A stretch of 39,206 bases of DNA from Frankiaceae bacterium (GTDB lineage Bacteria; Actinomycetota; Actinomycetes; Mycobacteriales; SCTD01), in the NCBI GenBank assembly GCA_947479995.1, contig CANKBT010000002.1:1-39206 (forward strand), read 5' to 3'. The notes under the pieces were generated by a model. It made no database searches and was not told where the DNA came from. It saw only the letters and a list, made by a program, of their open reading frames with translations. Position 1 is the stretch's first letter. Every line of letters starts with the position of its first letter. This document shows positions 9,577 through 16,516 of this stretch, piece after piece. A program made the translations under genes and the position numbers.

Positions 9577-10111
9577 GCCCCTCACGCACGACGCGCTGCA
9601 GGTCCTCGAGCGGGAGCCGCTCAACGAGCTGCTCCCAGAGCTGCCAGCGGGTCGCCTTCGAGAGCCGTGCGGTGCCGCCGTGCTGCTCGAGCAGCCCGTA
9701 GACCTCGTCTCGCCAGAGCAGCTGCGCGACGGCGAGAGGGTCGACGGCGGGGTTCCGGCTGGCCGGGCGCGCCTCGTGCAGCACCGCGGCGCCGTCGACG
9801 TCCTCGGCGACCCACACTCCCCACCAGTCGGGGAGCAGGTCGACGGCCCGGCCGGTGTGCTTGCCCTCGACGACGAGGACAGCCTCGTCGACGACCCGGC
9901 CGTAGAGGTCGACCTGTCCTTCGAGACGAGAGAGCCGGTCCTGCGCGCCCTTGATCTCGCAGCCGACGATGTGCCCGTTCACGGCAGCGACGTCGGCGCG
10001 CGTCGCACCGAGGCAGAGGCCGAGCTCGTCGCGCAGCAGCGTGTCCGGCGGCTCGCCGTGCAGCTCGACGAGGCGCTGCCGTACGGCGTCTCGGATCACG
10101 GCGTGGTGCAC
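9554..10111 (-). CDS. PD-(D/E)xK nuclease-fold protein (sce7726/MmcB-like)
   Basis: 185 aa from GTG 10111. The motif ...GATRADVAAVNGHIVGCEIKGAQDRLSRLEGQVDLY... gives D...E-x-K spacing typical of restriction-endonuclease-like folds. The start is supported by a TACCGT -10 placed 6 nt upstream. Confidence 0.6.
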   Translation of the reverse strand: MHHAVIRDAVRQRLVELHGEPPDTLLRDELGLCLGATRADVAAVNGHIVGCEIKGAQDRLSRLEGQVDLYGRVVDEAVLVVEGKHTGRAVDLLPDWWGVWVAEDVDGAAVLHEARPASRNPAVDPLAVAQLLWRDEVYGLLEQHGGTARLSKATRWQLWEQLVERLPLEDLQRVVREGLRARREW

Positions 10112-10117
10112 ACGTGC

Positions 10118-10123
10118 ACGGTA
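10118..10123 (-). promoter_or_regulatory. -10-like TACCGT (minus strand), 6 nt before GTG 10111 (leaderless geometry)
   Basis: Plus-strand ACGGTA at 10118-10123. The spacer GCACGT precedes the GTG and there is no SD. Confidence 0.4.
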
Positions 10124-10182
10124 GTGCCGGCTGGCTGATCGCGGCGATCCTGTGCTCGGTCTGTGATGTCGGTACCCGGCTC

Positions 10183-10188
10183 TACGGT
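10183..10188 (+). promoter_or_regulatory. -10-like TACGGT, 6 nt before ATG 10195 (leaderless geometry)
   Basis: Matches TANNNT with an exact 6-nt spacer. Back-to-back with the divergent 10118-10123 element. Confidence 0.4.
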
Positions 10189-10194
10189 CCACGC

Positions 10195-10401
10195 ATGGAC
10201 GCCGTCGACCTCTTCGACTTGACGCCTCGCGCCTTCCGCCGTCTGGTCGTGCTGCTCATGCTCGCGCTGATGGCCCTCATCGACCCCGTGCGAGACGCGG
10301 TCATCGGGTACCTCATGCAGTGGGGCGAGGCCCGCGCCGAGCAGGTGTCCGACGTCCTGCGCGAGCACCTGACGACCGAGGCGCCCGCGCCTCCGCCGTA
10401 G
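10195..10401 (+). CDS. small membrane protein (68 aa, one TM)
   Basis: ATG 10195 lies inside track ORF 10114..10401. Codons 10114-10194 have low GC3 (ggt, agt, tgt, gat, cca), so I prefer the shorter version. Hydrophobic segment RRLVVLLMLALMALI. Confidence 0.5.
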   Translation: MDAVDLFDLTPRAFRRLVVLLMLALMALIDPVRDAVIGYLMQWGEARAEQVSDVLREHLTTEAPAPPP

Positions 10402-10404
10402 CGT
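10399..10404 (+). promoter_or_regulatory. -10-like TAGCGT, 6 nt before GTG 10411 (overlaps the stop of the previous gene)
   Basis: Matches TANNNT with an exact 6-nt spacer. Co-transcription with 10195..10401 is an alternative. Confidence 0.3.
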
Positions 10405-10410
10405 CGCGCC

Positions 10411-10626
10411 GTGACGTCGCGCCTGCTGCCGCCGGACGGCGCCGGCAACCGCGCCTTCGAGCCGCCGGTGCCGGTGCTCGTCGAGCGCGACGGCGCGTGG
10501 CACCGCGGGCAGGCCGAGGTGTGGCGGGACTCGCGCTACCTCGTGCGCTACCGGAACGCGGCGACGACGCAGACGTACCTGCACTGGGTGCCGGCCGAGC
10601 GGGTGCGGGCGGACGACGAGGCTTGA
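10411..10626 (+). CDS. small hypothetical protein (71 aa, possibly SH3/Tudor-like barrel)
   Basis: High GC3. ...VLVERDGAWHRGQAEVWRDSRYLVRYRN...HWVPAERV... has a strand-rich small-barrel look. Confidence 0.5.
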   Translation: MTSRLLPPDGAGNRAFEPPVPVLVERDGAWHRGQAEVWRDSRYLVRYRNAATTQTYLHWVPAERVRADDEA

Positions 10627-10641
10627 CCGCAGACACGACGA

Positions 10642-10671
10642 AGCGCCCCCCGGCCGAAGCCGAGGGGCGCT
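10642..10671. terminator. bidirectional hairpin between convergent genes
   Basis: AGCGCCCC-C-CGGC [CGAA] GCCG-A-GGGGCGCT: a 12-bp stem with one internal mismatch and a tetraloop. It lies between stop 10626 (+) and stop 10690 (-). Confidence 0.6.
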
Positions 10672-10689
10672 GTGGTCGTGCGGGTGCTG

Positions 10690-11208
10690 CTAGGCCTTCC
10701 GGCTGACCGTGAACCGGCTGCCGGCGAGGACGGTGGCGGCGCTGCCACCGATCTCCGAGCGCATGACGACGACCAGGGCTGCGGGTGCGGTGAGCACGAA
10801 GCTGCCCTCGAGGTCGAAAGGCAGCGGGGTGCTGGCGCCGGCCGACGCCGTACCGCCAATCAGGTAGGGCGCGGCGGGGGTCATGGTGGTGGCGTTGCTG
10901 CCGCCGACGTTCGCGGCGACGGCCGCGCCGTTCTCGACGCGCCCGCCGGACAGGTTGCTCGCCGGGGCGACGGTGAAGCCGTAGCCGATGACCAGGCCGG
11001 TGGTGGTGGCGGCGCTGACGTAGTAGCCCTCGCAGTCCCACTCGTAGGTGCCGGCCGCCAGCGTCGGGCTGGTGAAGACGGTGACCAGAGTGCCGGTCGC
11101 GAGGGCGGTGTTGGTGCTGACGACGTTCGCGGCGAGGCGCTGGAACAGCGCGGGCTCGTCGACGTCGACCTCGGTGAGGCGCCCGCCGACGAGCGCGACG
11201 GCGCGCAC
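10690..11208 (-). CDS. tail fibre / receptor-binding-like protein
   Basis: 172 aa, Gly/Ala/Thr/Ser-rich and strand-rich. Last gene of the minus-strand structural block. Its N-terminal LVGGRLTEV motif is shared with the upstream fibre protein. Confidence 0.5.
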   Translation of the reverse strand: MRAVALVGGRLTEVDVDEPALFQRLAANVVSTNTALATGTLVTVFTSPTLAAGTYEWDCEGYYVSAATTTGLVIGYGFTVAPASNLSGGRVENGAAVAANVGGSNATTMTPAAPYLIGGTASAGASTPLPFDLEGSFVLTAPAALVVVMRSEIGGSAATVLAGSRFTVSRKA

Positions 11209-11211
11209 GGG

Positions 11212-11712
11212 CTAGGCCGCGAGGACGATGCTGTCGTCGGGCTCGAACGCCAGCGACGAGGTGGTGATGGCGCGGCCGAGGTACTGGTGCTTCTTGCCGG
11301 CGCCGCTGACCGGGGTGGCGGTGACCTGCCCGGCGGTCTCGGACAGGTAGTAGCGGGCGCCGACGGTCAGGCCGGTCAGGGCGGTGTTGCGGCCCTCGAG
11401 GTAGACCAGCGCGGTGCCGCCGTTGGTGACGGCGGACAGCACGAAGCCGTCGACGTCGCTGCCGGTGGTGCCTGCGCTGGCCTTGCGGATGCCGCCGGAG
11501 GTGATGGCGACCATGTCGCCGGCGGCGAGGGCCTCGGCGGCGGTGCCGGAGAACGTGTCGGCGCCGACGCCGGTCGGGAGCAGGGACGGGTCGAGGCGGC
11601 CGGTGCTGTCGGCGGCGATCACCTTGCCGGCGGCGGCCGCGGTGCCGCCGGTGTCGACGGCCGGCACCTGGGTGACGCGGCCGCCGACGAGCTGCAGCGG
11701 GGAGTCGGGCAT
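11212..11712 (-). CDS. tail fibre-like protein
   Basis: 166 aa with an AGGAGG RBS. ...GKVIAADSTGRLDPSLLP... is a motif I associate with actinophage minor tail/fibre proteins. Confidence 0.55.
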   Translation of the reverse strand: MPDSPLQLVGGRVTQVPAVDTGGTAAAAGKVIAADSTGRLDPSLLPTGVGADTFSGTAAEALAAGDMVAITSGGIRKASAGTTGSDVDGFVLSAVTNGGTALVYLEGRNTALTGLTVGARYYLSETAGQVTATPVSGAGKKHQYLGRAITTSSLAFEPDDSIVLAA

Positions 11713-11721
11713 GGGGGCCTC

Positions 11722-12204
11722 CTAGGCCGTCGTGTGGTGGATGGGGAGGGACAGGCGGACCTGCAGCTGGCCGGCTCCGAGGCTGTGCCCGACGCCGACC
11801 TGCACGAGGCCGGTGTTGGGGTTGGGCGTCGGGTAGCCGTCCGTGCCGAGGAACAGCGCGGTGCCGGCGGGCCAGGACCCGACGGGCAGCGGGCCGCCGG
11901 CGAGGGCGGTGACGTCGTCGCCGGGCGCGGCGCTGTTGCGGGCGATGCCCGCGAGGTGGTCGACCTCGTCGGGGCGCAGACTGCTGGCGGGGCGCAGGCC
12001 GCCGGTGTCGGCGACGAGGACCTGGCCGATCGTGACGGGCTCGAGCGCGGGGCGGGTGATGTTCGCGCCCTGGCCGGGGAGGCCGGTGGCGCCGCGGGCG
12101 CCGGGGATGCCCGCGCGCTGCGTGCTGACGGTCAGCTCGATGGGGGCGAGGACGACGGGGCGCGCGCGGGTCTGCGGCGCGTCGCCGAACACCGGGTTGG
12201 TCAT
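11722..12204 (-). CDS. tail fibre-like protein with a short collagen-like Gly-X-Y run
   Basis: 160 aa containing GIPGARGATGLPGQGA. ATGA overlap with the upstream gene. Confidence 0.55.
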   Translation of the reverse strand: MTNPVFGDAPQTRARPVVLAPIELTVSTQRAGIPGARGATGLPGQGANITRPALEPVTIGQVLVADTGGLRPASSLRPDEVDHLAGIARNSAAPGDDVTALAGGPLPVGSWPAGTALFLGTDGYPTPNPNTGLVQVGVGHSLGAGQLQVRLSLPIHHTTA

Positions 12205-12842
12205 GCGGGCGGTCCAGTGACGGAACGCTCGATGGTCACGGGGCTGGTGCGGATGATCTTCACCGCGCGCGCCTCATTGTTGCCGGTCTCGCCGATGAAG
12301 GCGTCGTACTGCGCGTTGGCGCCGTCGAGCTTCTCGGCGATGGCCCGGGTGTCGGCGCCGGTCATCTCGACGCGGACGATGAGGTCGGCGTCGTCCTCGC
12401 GGGGCTTGAGGAACGGCTGCAGGTCGAGCAATACGGGGTAGCCGGGGCCGCGGCGGACGTTCGCGTAGAAGATGCGGCTGTCGGGCCAGAGCGTCGCGCC
12501 GTTCGGCACACGCACTTCGGCGGCGAAGGGCTCGCCCTCGACGAGGGCAAGGGGGATGATGTCGTCGTCGCCGGGCGACAGGGTGACGCCACCGGCGCGT
12601 CGTACGAGGCGCTGCTGGCCGCGGATGACGCGGGTCCACACGGCGTAGCTGCCGCCGTCGTCCGGCCCGACGAGCAGCCCGCGCAGGCCTTCGATCTCGT
12701 CGGGGTCGCGCCAGTTGCCGTCCGATGGCATCTGGCCGAGGGGGAGGATGCAGACCTCGAAGTCCGTGACCGGCTCGCCGTTGAGGGTGACCGGCACCTC
12801 AAGGAACTCGCGGGTGGTGCGGGGCAGCACGATCTCGGTCAC
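12201..12842 (-). CDS. phage hypothetical protein (tail-associated by position)
   Basis: 213 aa. GTG 12842 overlaps the upstream stop (GTGA). Protein-like composition. Confidence 0.6.
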   Translation of the reverse strand: MTEIVLPRTTREFLEVPVTLNGEPVTDFEVCILPLGQMPSDGNWRDPDEIEGLRGLLVGPDDGGSYAVWTRVIRGQQRLVRRAGGVTLSPGDDDIIPLALVEGEPFAAEVRVPNGATLWPDSRIFYANVRRGPGYPVLLDLQPFLKPREDDADLIVRVEMTGADTRAIAEKLDGANAQYDAFIGETGNNEARAVKIIRTSPVTIERSVTGPPA

Positions 12843-13987
12843 GGCTGCTCCTTGAGGGTGGCGGTGTGGCGCTGCGGGACGAGGGTCGCGTCGAGCTCGC
12901 CGACGGCCAGCAGGCGGCTGGTCGCTCGTGTGGGGGCCAGGTCGGCGGTCATCACGAGCAGCAGGTCGGGCGGTTGGGGGCCCGCTACCGAGCCGGCTCC
13001 TGTGGCACTGACGAGCACTGGCGCCGTGGCGCTGCCGCGTCGTCGTGCTCGACCGGCGGCACTAGCGAGCGCAGCGATGGGCGCGACTGTGGTGCCGCGC
13101 GCGTGCTTCGTGCCCTGACCGAGCGCCACGCCGGTCACAACGGCGACGGCGGCGCCGGTACGCCGGGCGCGGCCGGTGCCGGCAGCTGCCGCGGCTACGG
13201 GTGCGGTGGTGCCGCCGCGGCGTCGGCTCCTGCCGTTGCCGGTCGCGACCGCCTGCACGACGGCGGTGCTGCCGCCAGAGCGCGTGACGGTTGCCTGCCC
13301 GGCGGCGTAGTGCGCCGCGACCCGCTGCGCCGGCAGAGCCACGCCGGGGTAGACGGCGACCTCGTCGACGCGCCCCGGGAAGAACGCGGCGGCGGTGCCG
13401 TTGGTGGTGGCCGCGCCGATGCTGGCGAAGCCGGACGTCGCGACGGTCGCGGGCGCCGCTCGCACGAGGGTGTCGACGAGGACGCCATTGGCGTAGAGCC
13501 GCCAGGTCGTCGTGGCGCTGTCGTACGTCGCGACGAGGTGCGTCCACTGCCCGGCCGGGACGCTGTAGGCGCTGGCCCACCGGCCGGAGCCGGCGGTGCC
13601 GTTGCCGAGGTCGACGAGCACCTGCCCGCCCGCGCCGAGGAACAGCGCGGCCTGGGTGCTGGCCGCGGCGAGGCGGTGGACGTAGATGCCGGCGGTGCCC
13701 GTGACGTTGGTCGGCATGACCCACGCCTCGAGCGAGTACGACGGGGCGGCCGACGCGCGGCGCAGGTTGTTCGCGTCCGCGGCGGTGGCGTGCCGCAGGT
13801 GGTCGTCGACGCCGTCGAACAGCACCGCCGTGCCGAGCCCGGGGCCGGACGTGGCGCCGAAGGTCGGGCCGCCCGTAGCGGTGAGGCTCAGGGCGACGGT
13901 GCCGCTCGAGGCGGCGGGGCCGGTGGACTCGTCGAGGCGCCAGTACCCGGCGGGTGCGTCCGCGAGGACGACGTCGCGGTAGGCCAC
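12839..13987 (-). CDS. LamG/concanavalin-A-like lectin domain tail protein with a C-terminal Arg-rich repeat region
   Basis: 382 aa from GTG 13987, inside track ORF 12839..14125. ...YWRLDES...AVLFDGVDDHL...SLEAWV...WTHLVATYDS...WRLYANGVLV...FFPGRVDEVAVY... is the LamG-like jelly-roll pattern. Confidence 0.7.
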   Translation of the reverse strand: MAYRDVVLADAPAGYWRLDESTGPAASSGTVALSLTATGGPTFGATSGPGLGTAVLFDGVDDHLRHATAADANNLRRASAAPSYSLEAWVMPTNVTGTAGIYVHRLAAASTQAALFLGAGGQVLVDLGNGTAGSGRWASAYSVPAGQWTHLVATYDSATTTWRLYANGVLVDTLVRAAPATVATSGFASIGAATTNGTAAAFFPGRVDEVAVYPGVALPAQRVAAHYAAGQATVTRSGGSTAVVQAVATGNGRSRRRGGTTAPVAAAAAGTGRARRTGAAVAVVTGVALGQGTKHARGTTVAPIAALASAAGRARRRGSATAPVLVSATGAGSVAGPQPPDLLLVMTADLAPTRATSRLLAVGELDATLVPQRHTATLKEQP

Positions 13988-13992
13988 GAGGG

Positions 13993-14334
13993 CTAGGCGG
14001 GGTTGAGGTCGATCGCGGTGTTGACGGCCAGCAGTACGTACTCGCCGCCGTTCGGAAACGGCTCGGCGGGCAGGTCGGCGCCTCCGTGGTTCGTGCCGCC
14101 GGACGCGGCGGTGAAGCCGCGCCACCCGGCGACGGTGAAGCCGGCGGGGATGCTGAAGGTCTCGTCGCCCGCGAGCGGTGTGCGCCCGGCGGCGGCCGCC
14201 GTCCAGGCGACGGGCTGCCGGGAGTAGCCGCCGCCGGTGGGCTCGGCGCCGCCGGCGTCTACGAGCGCGACGTACGTGACCGCGGCGGCCATCGCGTTCG
14301 CGCCGATGTTGAGCAGGCTGTCGGCGATCGCCAT
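13993..14334 (-). CDS. phage hypothetical protein (113 aa)
   Basis: ATG 14334 is preceded by GGAGG. It is the tail of track ORF 13993..14517. Confidence 0.55.
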   Translation of the reverse strand: MAIADSLLNIGANAMAAAVTYVALVDAGGAEPTGGGYSRQPVAWTAAAAGRTPLAGDETFSIPAGFTVAGWRGFTAASGGTNHGGADLPAEPFPNGGEYVLLAVNTAIDLNPA

Positions 14335-14336
14335 GG

Positions 14337-14657
14337 TCAGGCCTCCGAGATCTTCGTGGCGTTCGGGACGGCGGCGACGAGGCCGCTGCTGGCGGCGGCC
14401 GCGGCGAGCGCGCTGAGGACCTCGGCGAGAGTGAGGCCGTCCTCGGCGACGAGCGCCAGCGCGCCGGCGGCGGTGACGATGAGGGCGGTGACGGCCTTGG
14501 CGTAGCGCCGCACCCACGGCGGGGCGCCGTCGCCCGTGGGCTCGGCGGATGGGACGCGCTGCTCGAGGTCGGTCAGTCGCTCGTCGAGGGCGGCCTGGTC
14601 GTTGCGGAGTTCGACGACGTCAGCGTGCAGGCCGACGACCGTGGGGCGGGTGCTCAC
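14337..14657 (-). CDS. lysis-associated membrane protein (holin-like; coiled coil plus one TM)
   Basis: 106 aa. GTG 14657 overlaps the amidase stop (GTGA). TM-like segment AVTALIVTAAGALALV. Lies directly downstream of the endolysin. Confidence 0.5.
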   Translation of the reverse strand: MSTRPTVVGLHADVVELRNDQAALDERLTDLEQRVPSAEPTGDGAPPWVRRYAKAVTALIVTAAGALALVAEDGLTLAEVLSALAAAAASSGLVAAVPNATKISEA

Positions 14658-15448
14658 GCGAGCCGCTTCGCGAGCTCGTCGACGACCGCGGCGGCCATGC
14701 CGGCGGGGATGGCGGCCGCGACGGCCTGGGCGTCGTCGTCGGCGATGGCCTTGGCGAGCGCGAGCACGGCGCCCTTGGCGGCGCCGGCGTCGTCGCGGGC
14801 GCCGGCGAGCAGGGTCAGAGGGGTGTGCTCGGACAGCGGCACGCCGGGGGTCGGCTGCGCGAGCTGCCAGACCTTGCGGGCGACGAGGGTGGCGTCGTCG
14901 TCGGTCAGGGGCATGTCGTCCTCCTGCAGGTGGGTGCCGGCGCGCAGGGCGCGGACGGCGAGGCGCTCGGCGGCGAGCTCGAGGCCGTCGGGGTCGGTCT
15001 TGCGGCCGACGGGGGCGCAGATCGTCTTGTGCATGTGCAGCTCGCCGCCGGTGCGGGCGAGGATCGCGGCGGTCCCGAGACGCAGGCTGGCGAGCAGGGC
15101 AGGCGGCCAGTCCTCGCCGGTGGTGTGGTCGGTCTCAACGCCCAGGCTCTGCCGGTTGCCGGGCTTGCCGGGCAGGGTGCGGCCGGCGTGGTAGGCGACG
15201 CCGGCGGCGAGGACGTACCAGACGCCGCGGCGGTCGACCCACAGCTGGGCGCCGGCGGTGTTCCAGTTGCGCAGCATGTAGGCCGGGACGCCGGGGCTGT
15301 CGCCCTTAGCGCTGGCGTCGTGATGCCAGACGACGTCGATGCGCTTGCTGGTGAAGCCGCCGTGCCCGCGCTGCTGCCAGCCGTCGTGCTCGACGACCTG
15401 CAGGCCGGCGCCGCGCAGGACATCGACGAGCCACGGGGCGGTGGTCAC
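14654..15448 (-). CDS. N-acetylmuramoyl-L-alanine amidase endolysin (Amidase_2/PGRP type)
   Basis: 264 aa from GTG 15448 with a GGGAGGG RBS. Blocks IDVVWHHDAS, VAYHAG and HKTICAPVGRKTDP fit the zinc-amidase pattern. The C-terminal roughly 100 aa are of unknown (wall-binding?) function. Confidence 0.8.
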   Translation of the reverse strand: MTTAPWLVDVLRGAGLQVVEHDGWQQRGHGGFTSKRIDVVWHHDASAKGDSPGVPAYMLRNWNTAGAQLWVDRRGVWYVLAAGVAYHAGRTLPGKPGNRQSLGVETDHTTGEDWPPALLASLRLGTAAILARTGGELHMHKTICAPVGRKTDPDGLELAAERLAVRALRAGTHLQEDDMPLTDDDATLVARKVWQLAQPTPGVPLSEHTPLTLLAGARDDAGAAKGAVLALAKAIADDDAQAVAAAIPAGMAAAVVDELAKRLA

Positions 15449-15542
15449 GGGCCCTCCCAGTCGCAGCGCCTGCAGGCCAGCGGCGCGAAGACGTCCCGCG
15501 GGAACCGGAAGCGGTGACCGCGCAGACGGCACACGAGGCGCC

Positions 15543-16184
15543 TCAGCACGCGACCGGGCCGACGACGGGCAGCGAGCAGACGGTGTCGGTGAGGTCGCCG
15601 ACCACGCCTCGGTCGTCCGGGGGCGGTGTGGGCGGGGCTGCCGGTCCGCCCATCGAGGGCGGGGTGCTGCTGGGCGGCGTGACAGGTGTCGGCGGCGCCG
15701 GGCGAGAGGGCGTGCCGGTGGGCGCAGGTGCCGCGGACGTGCCTCCGGCGCGCGGTGCCTGCGCCGTGCCGCTCAAGTCGGTCATCGCGGGGACGGGTCG
15801 CGGCGGGTCACCGGCCTCGGGGATCGGCAGCAGGCACGGGGAGCCGGGCGCGGCGCGGTCGAGGTTGCGCTGGCGCAGGCTCGTGATGGCCGCGCGCAGG
15901 TCGTCGGCGATGGGCTGCCGCAGGACGGCGTCGTCGCGCACGCACTCGCCGTCGTCTCGGGCCTGCGAACGGCGGGCCAGCTCGGCGGTGGCCTCGGCCT
16001 CGAGGCGCAGGTCCTCGGCGGCCTGCTCGCGCTCGACGCGAGCGACTTCGGCCCGAACACGGCTGTCGAGGCGTTCGGTGCTCACGAGCGCGGCGATGCC
16101 GGCGCTGACGGCGGCGATGAGCAGCGCGGCGACGGCGAAAACGGCGACCATGGCGCCGCCGGTGCGCCGGTCGGGGGTGGTCAC
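15543..16184 (-). CDS. membrane-anchored coiled-coil / Pro-rich protein in the lysis cassette
   Basis: GTG 16184 overlaps the upstream stop (GTGA); ATG 16151 is an alternative start. N-terminal TM MVAVFAVAALLIAAVSAGIAALV, then a charged helical segment, then a PT-rich linker ending ...CSLPVVGPVAC. Confidence 0.55.
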   Translation of the reverse strand: MTTPDRRTGGAMVAVFAVAALLIAAVSAGIAALVSTERLDSRVRAEVARVEREQAAEDLRLEAEATAELARRSQARDDGECVRDDAVLRQPIADDLRAAITSLRQRNLDRAAPGSPCLLPIPEAGDPPRPVPAMTDLSGTAQAPRAGGTSAAPAPTGTPSRPAPPTPVTPPSSTPPSMGGPAAPPTPPPDDRGVVGDLTDTVCSLPVVGPVAC

Positions 16185-16516
16185 AGGCGCTGCCGCTTGC
16201 GGGCGCCGCGGACGGCGAGGGCGGTGACGCCGTAGACGAGCGCGGCGGTGAAGATAACAGTCGGGGCGAGCCGCCAGGTGACGGTGCCGTCGCCGACGCG
16301 CAGGGCCTGGTCGACGGCGAGGGTGGCGCCGCAGCCGCTGCCGCCCAGCAGCGCCCAGGCGATCGCGCGGGCGGCCTTGGCGTCGGCGCTGACGGTCCGC
16401 TGCCACTCGCCGTCGGGGGCGCGGCGGGTGGCGAGGTAGAGGGCGACGCCGACGGCGACGCCGAGCAGGCCTGCGCAGGCGACGGCGATGCGCAGGGCGT
16501 CGAAGAACACGGTCAT
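16181..16516 (-). CDS. holin-like membrane protein (about 3 TM, basic C-terminus)
   Basis: 111 aa with three hydrophobic segments and the tail RGARKRQRL. ATGA overlap with the upstream gene. Confidence 0.6.
   Translation of the reverse strand: MTVFFDALRIAVACAGLLGVAVGVALYLATRRAPDGEWQRTVSADAKAARAIAWALLGGSGCGATLAVDQALRVGDGTVTWRLAPTVIFTAALVYGVTALAVRGARKRQRL

Noticed and set aside
10114-10194. Longer 95-aa version of the small membrane protein starting at GTG 10114
   Set aside because: The extra 27 codons have conspicuously low GC3 (ggt, agt, tgt, gat, ggt, cca). They also contain the two back-to-back -10 elements, so ATG 10195 with leaderless geometry fits better.
12839-13987. Possibility that the repeat-bearing LamG tail protein is the target of a diversity-generating retroelement
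   Set aside because: No reverse transcriptase gene and no template-repeat copy of the C-terminal region are visible anywhere in the window.
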